Assembly: GCA_010093815.1 (NCBI GenBank)
Contig: ML996571.1
DNA: 64,000 nucleotides
Direction: 5' to 3' (one strand)
DNA from: Pseudovirgaria hyperparasitica
Lineage: Eukaryota
Shown: positions 37,101-49,860 of the stretch, piece by piece
How the letters are laid out: every line of letters begins with the position of its first letter
Position numbering within the stretch: the stretch's first letter is position 1
Notes under the pieces: generated by a model
What the model saw: the letters and a program-made list of their open reading frames with translations, nothing else
What the model was told of the DNA's origin: nothing
The model's database searches: none
Translations under genes and position numbers: made by a program

Positions 37101-38913
37101 TCAAGTCCTGCTTCGGAATTGCACCATAGGCCCGTAGCGGACGGATATGAAAGCATCGCGAAGTTGAAACTGGTTCCGGTCCCGTCGGCCCCAACCAAGG
37201 TCCGGCCGTCCTTCACCCAGGGTGGCACCTTCCACACGTCGAACGTCATACCTATGCAATGTACGAGCCACGACTATCATCAACTCCAGCATCGCGAGAT
37301 TCTTCCCAACACAATTGTACGGGCCTTGACTGAAGGGGTGGAACTGCTTCTTCAATTGCGCAACATCCTGCTCTGAAATCCCCGCGGCAGCGTCTGGGAG
37401 CCAACGCTCGGGGCGAAACACATGGGCGTCACCCCATATTGCTTCGTCGCGAGACTGGGCCCAGTCTGCTGTTCCGACGACGACGCCCTCTGGGTAGAAT
37501 TCGTCGCCAATTTTCGCACCGCCTTGTAAGACTTCGCGGGGGAGCTCGCTCGGCGCAGCAGGTGTCAGACGCAAGCTTTCGTCAATGCAAGCCCTCAAGT
37601 ATGAACACTCCGACAAGCGCTGGCCCTGGACAATGTCGTGGTACGAGCCGAACGTTTCCCGGATCTCCTGCACCAGCTTCGCATACTGGTGCGGATAGTG
37701 GGTCAGGTAGAAGAAGATGCCGCAGAGCGTGATGGAAGTGGTGTCTGTTCCGGCCAAGATCAACAGGTTCGCCTCGCCGAGGAGTTCCGAGTCTTTGTAC
37801 GCCCGAGCGCCAGTTTCGGGATCGATGGCCTCGTACAGGAAGTGGAACACGTCCAGCCTTTGTTCCCCCTCGGACTTTTCGCGCAGAGCCTCTTGCTTGG
37901 CAATGCGGCTGTTGACGCTTTCGGCGACGAATTTGAAGTATGCCTTGATGTCGGGCGGGGCCGTCATGGCAAGCAAGGCATCCAGGCCGCGTGGCTTGAG
38001 CCACAGGATCAGATCGAACACGGGTATGCGGCTTATCTACTGCTTGTTAACTGATGGAAATGCACGTGTGTGCACGTAGGATGAAGGTACCGGGTATATG
38101 TATGTCATGTACTGGACAAGATTGTGCGGCATCCTCTTCAGCGAATTCTCACCTGGCTCCTTGATATCGAAGGGCTTACCAAAGGACAAATCCGCCATGA
38201 TATCAAACACCAGCTTGTCCGTCCAATCGGCAAAGTCAATACCTTCGGTCCAGCCGTCGTGGTCCGTCTTCCGGTCCATCAGCAGATCGTTCCATCGGTC
38301 GACATGCTTGATGATGAAGACCGCCGCAGCGCGGAGCGACTTTTCATTGAACGCGAGATTCAACAAACGCCGTTTCTTCGTATGTGCGGCCTTTTCGATT
38401 GTCGTTGTGGTGTTGACGTCTGTGTTGCCGTTGATATAGGCTCGATACGAGGGCGCCTTCTGGACATTGGCCTTGGCGTTGTATATGTCGTTGTACGCGG
38501 CCGGGTCGTTGAACAAGACTCTGTCCGGACGAGGGCGGATCCGCGTTCCTGTCGTGAGCGCGTCAACACTTGCCCACGGGTAGTAGAGGGAGAAGTTGCG
38601 TCCGGCACCACTGACCGTAGACTTGGTGGAGCTGCCACAGCCAGACGTGGTGGTCGCCCTTGACAGCGTGATAGAAGCTCGGAAGGCCGGACAGCTTGCA
38701 CAAGATCGGGCCCGGCACGCGCGCGAGTGGGTGGAAAAAGACGTTGTATACTGCCTTGACGAGGATCTGGTATGCATCAGACCAAGTTACAGCGCAATGC
38801 GTCGAAACACCTACCGATAACAGGGCTGCCAGCGTCAAGGTCCAGTACGGATGCTGGTGTAGCACGCTTATCGAATGTGCCAACAACATATTCGTCGGCT
38901 TGGAGAGAGACAC
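37101..38913 (-). CDS. Cytochrome P450 monooxygenase, 4 exons
   Basis: N-terminal anchor, FFHPLARVPGP, I-helix LAGTDTT, ExxR (DESLR), FRPERW and heme motif HPFSQGPYNCVG. Confidence 0.95.
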
Positions 38914-39403
38914 AACATAATACTAGGTGTGTCTGACACCCGGCTAATTATATACTTGATCCCTTCGGCTATATCATACAACCCCATGTCGGTCAACCCC
39001 TGTTCCCGTGGGGCAGTCGATGTGCCACTTTTTCCTTTTGCGCAGTTCCAAGACTCCTTTGCTCGCCTATCTCCGAGCTGCCATTGTCAGCAAAACGGAC
39101 GCCCGGACACACACGAGGCTGCAGAGTGTGTATGTGTAAGCCATGGGCGACGTCTGGAATCGAGGGCAGCCGCAATGCATATTATTGGTGAGCAGAGACG
39201 AGGCACGTGATGCTGCATGCAGATTCGAATCCCGCGGCCACGTCAACGCATTGTTATACTGAGGATATCGTGATGACGGAGCGATGTTACTAGTAGCATG
39301 CCAGAGTTCTGTCCACAATAATTGTATTGCTATCCGAACAGCCTGCATACAATCTAATGAATACAGCACAACACTAAATGTCTTTGCATAATAACACCCA
39401 TCC

Positions 39404-41650
39404 ATGTGGCTGCTCAACGTTGCCACGCTGGAGCTGGAGGCATTTTTCGGGGACGACAGGCCAGAGTATGTGATCCTCTCGCACACCTGGGAGGACGACG
39501 AGGTGCTCTTCCAAGACATGGCCTCGCCGTCACGGGCGCAGAAGAAGAAGGGCTGGGTGAAGATTGATCAGACATGCAAGCGAGCGGCAGAGGCAGGCTA
39601 CACACACGCGTGGATTGACACCTGCTGCATCGACAAGCGCAGCAGCGCGGAGCTGAGCGAGGCCATCAACAGCATGTTCCAGTGGTACTGGGCTGCGGCA
39701 GAATGCTGGGCGTATCTCGCTGATTTCGCACTGCCGGAGGGCTGGCAGCCGCCGCGGACGTTCCAGACCAATATGAGCGCGTGGACGGCCGAGTATCGGG
39801 AGCTGGTGGACAAGTTCCTGAGGACAAAGTGGTTTAGGCGCGGATGGACGCTGCAGGAGCTGATTGCGCCGCAGCGGGTGACGTTTTGGAGCAGGGACTG
39901 GGTGGTGTTTGGCACGCGCACGATGCTAGGCCGGGCGATATATGAGAGGACGAATATCCCGGAGGAGGCGCGGGATCGGCTGCAGACGTATAGTATCGCG
40001 GAACGCATGGGGTGGGCGGCGAGGCGGAAGACGACACGGGTGGAGGACCAGGCGTACTGTCTGCTTGGTATCTTCGACATCAACATGCCGCTGCTGTATG
40101 GGGAGGGCAAGAAAGCGTTCCGCCGGTTGCAGGAGGAGATTATCAAGTCCAGCCTCGACCACTCTATCTTTGCGTGGGGCGTAGACAGCCTGATGGCGAC
40201 CGAGAATGAGTTGGTGCAGAACAGCCAGAACGCCAGATCGTTGTCGTCGTTATCGTCGAGTGTCTTTGCGTCGCACCCGGCGTCCTTTCTTCCCAACGCC
40301 CGACCAAACGACGAGATGCCCACGCGCTACGAGCTTTCAAACATGGGTCTCTACATCAAGCTGCGCATCATCTACATCTGCGCCTGGGACAGCGACGCGC
40401 AGTGGAAGGAAGCTCTCGGCCTCCTCAACGCGACCTCGACCTCGACCTCAACCTACGACGACAACGCCTCAGACATCGCAATCGCGCTGCACATCCACAG
40501 CCAGTCCGGCCTCGCCCTCATCCGTCAGCCCAGCCGCTTCACAAAACGGTGTTACCTTGTCCCCGTCCCTTTCCGCGACGGCGACAGCATGCTAGCCAAA
40601 TCCGACGGTATCCAAATCTCCAACCGCGCCATCCTAGCCCGCCACTTCCCGCACCTCAGAGAGCGCGACGACCGCGTCCCGACCGCGCTGCTCGCCGCGC
40701 GTGTGCATGTGCAGGTCGGGCCGGGACTGCACATTGTCGACACGTTTCCGCAGCCGTATGTCCGGCGTGTCGGGATGACCCGGATCTTCACCCTCGAGGG
40801 GCAGGCGGAGGACTGGCTTGGTGCGTTTCTGGTGCAGTGCGAGGACGTGATTGGGCGTGTTGCCCTGCTTACGGTGCGTGGTGGGCTACTTCCGGTGCCG
40901 GTGGGAGGAGGAGGGGCAGAAGGAGCAGTACAAGAAAAAGGAGAAGAACTGCACGCCCGACGTCCCCGGCTGCAGCTGCGGTACCTTGAGACTTCGGAGC
41001 TGCTGGACGAGCGGGGTCTGCCCTGGTACTACCACTTCCGCAACGACCGCAACGACCGCAACGACCGCAACGACCGCAACGACGAAGCAGAAGAAGACGT
41101 GGACTTTGACAAAACACACGCCTTCGACAGCTCCACGGAGATGATGCAGGTGCTGCTGCTGATGGAGATGGCGACAACAAGCAAGAAAATAAGCCTGAAG
41201 TTCTCGTCGCCGCAGTGGGAGTGCGATTCGAGTCCGTATTACCTGGTTAATGTCGATATGGTCGTGGCGGATGATGATGAAGGGGGTGAAGGCGGTAAAG
41301 TGGCTGAGGTGGCAGAGGGTGGTAAGCAGGAAAAGGACAAGGTAGAGAATAGAGATGCAGGCTCGACTGAGCCGCAGCGCTTATTCCATGACTTGTTCTG
41401 GGTGGCAGGGCGGGCGCGGGATGCGGCATCGAATGCGGGGCCAAAACCGGAATCAGAACCGGATGCGAATGCGGGTTCCGACGATGAAGACGCTGAGGCA
41501 GGGGCTGAGGCAGAGTCTGAGGCAGAGTCTGAGGCAGAATCTGAGGCAGAGTCTGAGGCAGAGGTTGAGGCAGAGGTTGAAGCTGAGACCGGGACTGAGC
41601 TTAAGTATGATGTGGATGTACTCTTCCCGCCGTACCTGTACGATCTGTAA
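39404..41650 (+). CDS. HET-domain protein with long unassigned C-terminal region and acidic repeat tail
   Basis: YVILSHTW, WIDTCCIDKRSSAELSEAINSMFQWY, WFRRGWTLQELIAP, RKTTRVEDQAYCLLGIFDINMPLLYGEGKKAFRRLQEEI. Confidence 0.93.
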   Translation: MWLLNVATLELEAFFGDDRPEYVILSHTWEDDEVLFQDMASPSRAQKKKGWVKIDQTCKRAAEAGYTHAWIDTCCIDKRSSAELSEAINSMFQWYWAAAECWAYLADFALPEGWQPPRTFQTNMSAWTAEYRELVDKFLRTKWFRRGWTLQELIAPQRVTFWSRDWVVFGTRTMLGRAIYERTNIPEEARDRLQTYSIAERMGWAARRKTTRVEDQAYCLLGIFDINMPLLYGEGKKAFRRLQEEIIKSSLDHSIFAWGVDSLMATENELVQNSQNARSLSSLSSSVFASHPASFLPNARPNDEMPTRYELSNMGLYIKLRIIYICAWDSDAQWKEALGLLNATSTSTSTYDDNASDIAIALHIHSQSGLALIRQPSRFTKRCYLVPVPFRDGDSMLAKSDGIQISNRAILARHFPHLRERDDRVPTALLAARVHVQVGPGLHIVDTFPQPYVRRVGMTRIFTLEGQAEDWLGAFLVQCEDVIGRVALLTVRGGLLPVPVGGGGAEGAVQEKGEELHARRPRLQLRYLETSELLDERGLPWYYHFRNDRNDRNDRNDRNDEAEEDVDFDKTHAFDSSTEMMQVLLLMEMATTSKKISLKFSSPQWECDSSPYYLVNVDMVVADDDEGGEGGKVAEVAEGGKQEKDKVENRDAGSTEPQRLFHDLFWVAGRARDAASNAGPKPESEPDANAGSDDEDAEAGAEAESEAESEAESEAESEAEVEAEVEAETGTELKYDVDVLFPPYLYDL

Positions 41651-42037
41651 GGGCTTATAGGACTTACTGCCTTACATGGCCAGACGGCTTCTTGGCAGGG
41701 GGAGAGCGTATCTGACGTATATACATGACCACGCGAACTGGACAACGACGGCGACGACGACGGTGATGATGAGGCAGGTATTAAATGACGGGTACGGTCG
41801 AACAGATACACGAACAGATATATTTGTATTTATACACGAATACATATATACCTATAAACAGACGAACACGTAAACAGACATACATGCGGATGGGACCCAG
41901 TCGTGTGGTATGCCTGACTAATGACCGACAGAGTGTAGCCTCCTGTATTTTTTGTGTATATACATGCGTTTCTTATGTGTCTTACATGCATGCGTTTCTT
42001 ACATGTGTTAAGCATGCGGACTAAAAGCGGTGATGGA

Positions 42038-42100
42038 TAGCCAGTTAGCCAGTTAGCCAGTTAGCCAGTTAGCCAGTTAGCCAGTTAGCCAGTTAGCCAG
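42038..42100. repeat. 8-bp tandem repeat (TAGCCAGT) x~8
   Basis: Read directly from the sequence. Confidence 0.95.
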
Positions 42101-42720
42101 CAGATAGACTAGCTAGCGAGTAGATGAGCATGCGAACATATATACATATATATATACACGAGAAGACAGATACACGCACATACGAACACACGCACACGCG
42201 AACACGCACGCAAACAGATATACCAGACACACGAGTCATACCATACACTAGACACACGAGATATACTGTAGCCCCTGTGCTATCCCATCCCATCCCATGC
42301 CATCCAATGCCATCCCATGCCATCCCATCTTACCCTCTTTTACCCCATTCTATTCTACCCCATCCCATCCTATCATACTATCTTCTACCCATTATAAAAC
42401 TCCATCTCCTCATACGTGCATATGTACATATATACATACATATCTATACACGTATATACAGAAACATACACGTGCATGTCTTGTATGCGTATCTTGTGGT
42501 ACCTTGTGCATGTATGTATGCGTATCTTGTGAATGTATGTAGACCTCGTGAATGTAGACGTGTCTATGTATACCTTATGCATGTCTTGCAAGGAATATAC
42601 TGTGAGTGTATGTCAATATCTTGTTCCTCAGCCTAAGTACTGCCCGTATGCGTGTCTTGTGCATATATGTATGCGTGTCTTGTATATCTTTGTATCTTTG
42701 TATCTTGTCTAAGTATCGTA

Positions 42721-42945
42721 TATATCTTACTCTTGTATATCCTACTCTTGTATATATCACTCTTGTATATATTACTCTTGTATATATTACTCTTGTATAT
42801 ATTACTCTTGTATGTCTTACTCTTGTATGTCTTACTCTTGTATATCTTACCCTTGTATATCTTACTCTTGTATATCTTGCTCTTGTATATCTTACTCTTG
42901 TCTATCTTACTCTTGTATATCTTACTCTTGTATATCTTACTCTTG
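42721..42945. repeat. 15-bp minisatellite (TATATCTTACTCTTG) x15 with point variants
   Basis: Read directly; head-to-tail units with no spacers. Confidence 0.95.
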
Positions 42946-43398
42946 TATCTCACACGCAGCGTACTAAGCGGAGTATCTGTACGTGGCTGTGCGGGTAGAG
43001 ATGGATGGATAGATGGACAGATGGATGTGGATGTGGATGTTGATACATGAGCATGGGAATATATGAATACAGTACGCACGGACGAACAAACAGACGAACG
43101 AAGAGATAGACGAACGAATGGATATCCAAAGAGACGAACAAACGAACAAATGCACGAGTCGACAAACATCCAGACACACTGGGCATTCCGCGTTATCCTA
43201 TCCTACTCCATGCCTACCAAAGACAAGCTCCCTTTCTTTTAGATATATACATGCAAGTCCTGTATGTCTTGTTTCCACGTCCTGTACGCATGTCTTGAAT
43301 GTACGCATATGCACCAAACGCAGGAGTCCCAACCCCACACAAAACACCTCACTCCAAAACCCCCAAACACCCAGTTTGCAAGACCATCCAATCTCCCC

Positions 43399-45753
43399 CT
43401 ACCCCCTAAAGTCCCCAACCTCCCCCCTCGCCCTCTCCCTCAATACCCCCCTCAACACCTTCCCACTCGCGGCCTTGGGAATACTCTCCACAAACACGAC
43501 CCCACCCGTCAGCGCCTTGAAGCTCGCCATGCGGTCGCGCACCCAGGCCGCAACGTCTTCTTGCGTGAGGGGGAGGACTTGGGTGTCGGGTTTGTGCGGT
43601 TCGTTGTCGTCTTTGGCGACTTTGTCTCCTTTGTCTCCTTTGTCGACTTTGTCGTCTTTGTTGGTGGAGTCGGAGTTGGAGGCTGTGTCTGCAACGTAGC
43701 AGCAAACAGGCGTCTCGGGAACAACATACGCGCGCGGAACATCACCCATATCCGGCCCCAGTTCAATGCCAATGACAGCGGCGTCGCGGATGAGCGGGTG
43801 CGCGAGGAGGCATTCTTCCAGCTCGGTGGGGGAGACTTGCCAGCCTTTTACCTTGATGATTTCCTGGTGCTGGGGGTCAGTGTGTCGTTGTGTGGTTTTG
43901 GGGAGGTGGGAGTTAAAAGGGGGTTCAGGGGGGGGAAAAGGACAAACCTTGGCCCGATCACAAATATACCACTTCCCCTTCTCCACAAACCCGATGTCCC
44001 CCGTGCGCAACCACCCACCCTCGAGAATCGTCTCCCGAGTCGCAGCATCATTCCCCAAATAGCCATTCATAATCGAGGGGCCACGCACGAAGATCTCGCC
44101 CCGGACGTTATCCTCCGTAACCACTTTTCCCCCTCCCCACCATTCTCCTTCACCTCCCTCTCCTCCCTCTCCCCCTTCCACACCCCCCTCCCCACCATCC
44201 CCCCCAAAACACACAACCCGCGCCTCCATCCCAGGCAACAACCGCCCGACACTCCCACTCCCATCCCTCTCCGCAAACCCAAACGTCGTAATCCACCCCA
44301 TCTCACTCAACCCCCACACCTGCGCCACCACCGCCTCCGCATGTAAAACCCCACACAACCCCCTCTGCGCCCCCCCCGACAGCGCCGCCCCCGCACACCA
44401 CACAAACCTCAACCCCTCCAACACCCCCTTTTGCTCCCTCCCCCCGGCAACACCGACAAGATCACGCACAATCGGCGGCACAACCGCCGTCTCCGTAATC
44501 CCATACGCACCAAGATACCGCACAAACGCCTCGCGGTAGTACCGCTTCATGATGTATGTTGTGTGGCCGTCGCGCAGGGGCGCGCAGTGGAAGAGCGGGG
44601 CGGCAAAGGCGTGGAATTGCGGGAGGCAGAGGAGGCGGCGGATGGGGTAGGGTTTGAGGGGGGTGGAGACGGAGGAGTGGAGGAGGATGGACTGGGCTAC
44701 GTGGGCGTGGTGCGAGATGAGGGCTGCTTTCGGGAGGCCGGTTGTGCCGGAGGTGGACATTAGGGATGCGGGGGTGGATTTTGATTTTGCTTTCGATGCG
44801 GATGCGGATGTGGAGGGGAAGCGGACCCAGTCTGATTCGCCGTGGGTGAGGAGGGTGGTCCATGATTGGAAGGGGGATGTGGATGATGTGTTGTTGTTCT
44901 TCTTGTCAGTGTCGAAGACGAGAATGTTGGCGTCTGCAATCCCGCATTCGCGCGCGGCGGGCAGCAGTTTGGGCAGGAGTTCGGGCTGGACGAGGACGGT
45001 GCGGACGGCGGAGACGGCGAGGATGTGTTTGAGCTCGGTGTGGCCGTAGGCGGGGTTTGCGCCGACGACGCAGCCGCCTGCGCCGATGATGGCGAGGTAG
45101 AGTGGGGAGTAGAGGATCTGTTGGGTGGGTGTGTCAGTTTGGTTGTGTTGGTGAGAAAGGGGGAAAGACGCACGTTGTTGAAGGAGAGCACGCAGATGTT
45201 GTCGCCGGGCGTGATGCCGCGGGCCTTGAAGCCGGCGATTAGTTGTCGTACGCACAGCAGGACGTCGCGCGCGGTGAGGGCGTTGGTGGGATCGGCGGCG
45301 TCGATGTATATCTGCGTGCGGGTGTGATTGTCAGTCTTCTTTTCCGTGATTGATGGATGGGATGCATGTGATGTCAGCACAGCCAGCACGTACCTGGCGA
45401 TCCGGGAAGCGGTCCACGTTTGCAAACGTCCAGGTCAGGAGATCGACGTCCGGAATGTCAGGGTAGTGGTCCGGCGTGAAGATGCCTGTTGGTGCCGGAC
45501 TTGTTGACGACGTCGGAAGTGGTGATGACGGGGCTGCTGCTGCTGCTGCTGCTACAGGGGCTACAGGGGCTGCGGCACGGCGGCCGCGGTAGTGCACGAG
45601 CGAGGCCAGCGAGGTGGAGACGTGGCTCAGGAGGCGTCTGGCGTACTCCATGGCGGAGACGCGGCGGTGGTTCTTCGTGCATGCGGCTGGGGATGCGGGC
45701 GTGGTGGTTCTAGCGTCTGCGTTGTCGACGGACTTGGTGTGTGTTGGTGGCAT
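43399..45753 (-). CDS. 4-coumarate-CoA-ligase-like acyl-CoA synthetase (ANL superfamily), 4 exons
   Basis: YIDAADP, MSTSGTTGLPKAA, LPQFHAF, QVWGLSE, GWLRTGDIG, DRAK|EIIKVKGWQVSPTELE (an in-frame intron near 43950-43867) and PKAASGKVLR. Start at 45753 or 45651. Confidence 0.9.
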
Positions 45754-48700
45754 TGTGGATTCTTCGTGTCGTTGCTGTTGTTGTTGTTGGAGAGTGTACT
45801 CGCAAGTCTATCTTCGTGTCGTTGCTGCTGCCGTCGACGAGGATACTCGCAAGTCTAAGATCGCGTAGTCCTGTCGAAGAAGTCGTGTCGAAGAAAAAGA
45901 GGAAGAAGAAGAAGCAGGAAAAAGTCACGGCGCCATAAATCGAAACTTTTCCTCCCAAGACCTTCAGACCCAGATTCGACACGAACAAGGCAAGCGAAAG
46001 CACACAATAACACACAAAGATGATTAATGCTCTGTTCCAGTTCCCAAAAAAGGGGGTGTCGGTGCCAATGTCACTCACTCCCGGGCAGCAAGCGAGGTTC
46101 GGCGAGTGACGGACGGACGGATCGGGTTTAAGGGAGGACGACGACGAGACGTAGAGGAAGGGGTAGAGTAGAGCAAGGGCAAGGCTGATGTTGTTGTTGT
46201 TGTTGTTGTTACACACCATCTATATATATACACAACCCCGGAGGTGTATACATAATATATACATTCACGCCAACATCTTCGGCGATCAAGATTGAATCAG
46301 ACAAATTGAAGAAGCTAGGCAGGTAGGTGTAGTAGGAAAGGGGGGGGGGAGGGAGCGAACTGCGTCATGCGTCATGCATGAAGGGTATGTGTGGTGGATG
46401 CTACAGCAGGGGTGATGCTTGCGTGTTGACCGGCGTTCTTCTGCATGTTCTACGGATTCGATTGTATCTCAGGATCTGCAATATCTCGATATCTCTCCCG
46501 GTAAGCAAGCAAGCAAGCGGGTCAGCCCGTGCGTAAGATGAATAGACAGATGAGTCCAAGATACATGGTAAACAGATGGATAGTAAATAGAGGGATAGTC
46601 CCAAGCACCTGGCACGTGCTCAGTGTCCGTGTCAGTGGAAGTCCGTGAATGGCAAGAACGACGCACGCAAGATCGTCGGTTTGCTGGTGCGTGCCCGGTG
46701 CTGCAGTCACGTGCTGCGTGTGTGTGCGCAAGCCTAATTAGCCGCATTAGGCAGTTACGGTGGCGCAAACCTTAAACCCGCCGTCCGGGCTGAAGAAATG
46801 ACGGATTCGGCGAATCAACATTGGCCTTACAAATACATAGCTACATACTACTGTACATGTACAATATGTGAGCGATCGCGTGAGTGCAGCTGTTTATTTG
46901 TATTTATTTTATTTGCATTGCTCGGCGAGTATGGGATGGAATGGAACGGAATGAAGAGAGGGAGGGCTGTGGATATCCGCGGGGTTGGCTGGCTGGTCCC
47001 TCATGTTGTCAAACTCCTCGACACCCCCAGTCAGATCCCAGGTCCTTGTCCGGATGGCATGATGAATATCCATCAGCCCATCCATCTACCTGTCCATCCA
47101 TCCATCTGTTAATCTGTTAATCTCACACCTTATCCATCCATCCACCCCGAGACCCGGCGCGCGGGTCGTCGCGCACACAGCACTTGATACCTGACAGGTG
47201 TGAATTGCTGTTTGTCTGTCTGTCCGTCTGTCTGTCTGTCTGTCTATCCTCTATTCTTCCATCCCATCTCCGGAGCTATAGACAAGACAGTAAGAATGAA
47301 GCAGCTACTAAGCCAGCCAAGGCATCTCCACCCGCCCACACCGCCGCCGGACGTTGGACCTCGTTTGCGGTCTCGCGTGTGATTGGCGTATCACTTTCCT
47401 TGGCTCCACCATTCTGTAGGTACTGTCCCTAATGTATGTCCCTTTGTCATGTACATACATACATCAAACACAAGCAACGACGACAGCGACAACGTGCAAT
47501 AGAATGTACACGTCGCTTTTTCGGTCTGTGCGTGTCATTGCTGTTGTCGTGCTGTGCGGTCTGTGTGCGATCTGTGCGTGCGTGCGGAAGGATTGATGGA
47601 TCGCATCGCATCGTATCGTATCGCATCGAGTCAATCCAAATACATATCTCGATAACTTGGATAATCACAGATGGCCGGATTAATGGCCAGGACGCCTAAC
47701 GTGCGTGCAGTGCCATGCAGTGCTGCAGTCTCGTCCAGCCTCGCGTCGAGTATCTCGAATACGTCGGCTTGCAGTGTGCATTGCATCGTGGCCAAGTGTC
47801 CGTTTGCGTCGTGCTGCTTCGTAAGGCAACCAGTCTCTCTTCTTTGCCAGCGGTCGTTGTGATCTAGACTTGCTGCAACGACTGCATGCTGCTGCGAACA
47901 ACGGCTGGGCTGGACATGGGCATGGGTATGGTATCGACATGGATATAGGTAAGGCTGCGAGGGTAGGTGGGTGGGTAGGTAGGTAGGTACATACGACGAC
48001 TTGGACTACTCGTCATGCAGGTCCGCGTTTCTCTATACTTTCTTTTGTCTTTTTATCTCTTTATTTGTGTATGTGTGTGCTATACATCTAGCATTGAAGT
48101 GCTGCTGGATGTAATACTATGTTGTAGGAGTAGACTAGACGTCGGTGTAGTAGTGGCAGTAGAAGCTGTAGAAGCAGTAGTGGTAGCGGTAACTACCCAC
48201 TAGGCACTCACTCCCTGAATCAACTAGCCCTCTCTACTCCTACTATTACTACTACGACTCTCTACCCATCCAGCATATCAAATAAATATCACATCACATC
48301 ATCACAACCTATCAATCCATCAACCCATCCATCCATATACGCAAAAAACATGACTCTACCACGCATTACCCAGCAGCCAGCCCAGCAGCCCTTTCAGCAG
48401 CCAGCCAGCCCAGCAGCCAGCCATAGTAACACCACATCCACCACATCCACCACTCCACCCCACACCACGCAAGGACACAGCATCTTGATTTGACTCCCCC
48501 CGCATATACTGTACGTCTGTATGTATGTACATGTATGTCTATATGCATGCATGTACATAGGGCAGACCACAGCACACAGCACACAGCACACAGCACATAC
48601 CACGCGAAATCCAACTTTCTCATTCCTTATCTCTCTCGTCTTGTTGCCAATCAATTGACCATTCATTCACCAATCATCCAGTTGATCAATCACTTAAATC

Positions 48701-49860
48701 AATCGACTTATCAATTAATCAGTTTAACCAATTAATCAATTAATCAATTACCCACCCACTCACCCACTTCCTCGAACCAACCCTTCATCTTCTACCGTAC
48801 CATCCCATCCTCACTCAAACTCAAACACAACACTCGAAACCTGGAGAATTGGCTCGAGTCAGTACGTGAGTATGTGAGTAAGTAAATAAGTAGAGTTTGA
48901 AATGGTGAAACGCGGATGGTGAGACGTGAGATGACTACTTGGTATTGCGCTGCTCGTGTGGACATGACTCGTGCTGCTTGGTGCGCGTGCGTGGAGTGGA
49001 GTGGAGTGTGCGCGTGCGTGGTGCGTGGTGCGTGGTAGTGCGTGATGGCTGGGATGGATGTAGTGTGCGCGTGCATGGGTGTGGGTGGATGTGGAGAGGT
49101 ATGTGGAGAAATGGAGAGGTGGAGAGGTGGAGGACATGCGGGTGCAGACATTACGATCACTACTACTACTCTAACGACTACAGACTTGGATCAAATACAC
49201 CACGACACGACACGACACACATACACACATACATACACATACATACTCCCATCTCATCCCATCCCATCCCATCCCATCCCACCACCAAATCCCCCCTCAC
49301 ACTCCCCAGACAGCATGTATCTCGCCCCGTCCCATTGGCTGGAGTGCTGTATTAGGGTGTTTGCCGTGGTGGGATGATATATAAGTACATGTCTATATTA
49401 CGTCCCGTCACTCGAGACTAGGAGGGAGGGCGATGGATGGAAGGCCGACTGGACTGGCTGGGCTGCTTCAATTGTAGTTTATGAGGTGAGGTCGTGATGT
49501 GAGTCTACGATCCGAGTTCAGCCTCTGAAGAGGACAAGATATAGATGCGACCATGGCTGCTGCTGTCTGTCTGTCCACCGAGTATCCGTGATGAGAGTGT
49601 CGGAGTTCACCTGTCTTTGTATCAAAGTGTACGTTAGGTCTGTTGTAGATACTGCTCGCAGTGTATACAGAGTGCTTTGTATGAAGTGAATCGTGGTATT
49701 GTTTATTTGTTTGAGATGTCGACTCCTTGCTTGATGCTCATCGACTGACTGCAGCCTGCTGTCTCTAGTGACAGCTCCGGTATTTGTATATCGTCAACTG
49801 AGACTTTACTTCTCCTACTCCTCCGCTCATGCTTTATAGACTTCAGTCTCCATCTACGAG

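Noticed and set aside
39170..39250. TTCGAATCCC resembling a tRNA T-loop
   Set aside because: The flanking T-stem does not pair, and no D-arm or acceptor stem can be built.
42606..43169. LVYLT/YKSKI repeat ORFs and a CRISPR-like appearance
   Set aside because: These are translations of a spacer-less 15-bp minisatellite in a eukaryote; no cas genes.
43264..44346. 360-aa plus-strand ORF
   Set aside because: Antisense to the ligase; explained by skewed codon usage that avoids stop codons.
37101..45753. P450 plus acyl-CoA ligase as a secondary-metabolite cluster
   Set aside because: No PKS, NRPS, terpene synthase, transporter or cluster regulator in the window, and a HET gene separates the two.
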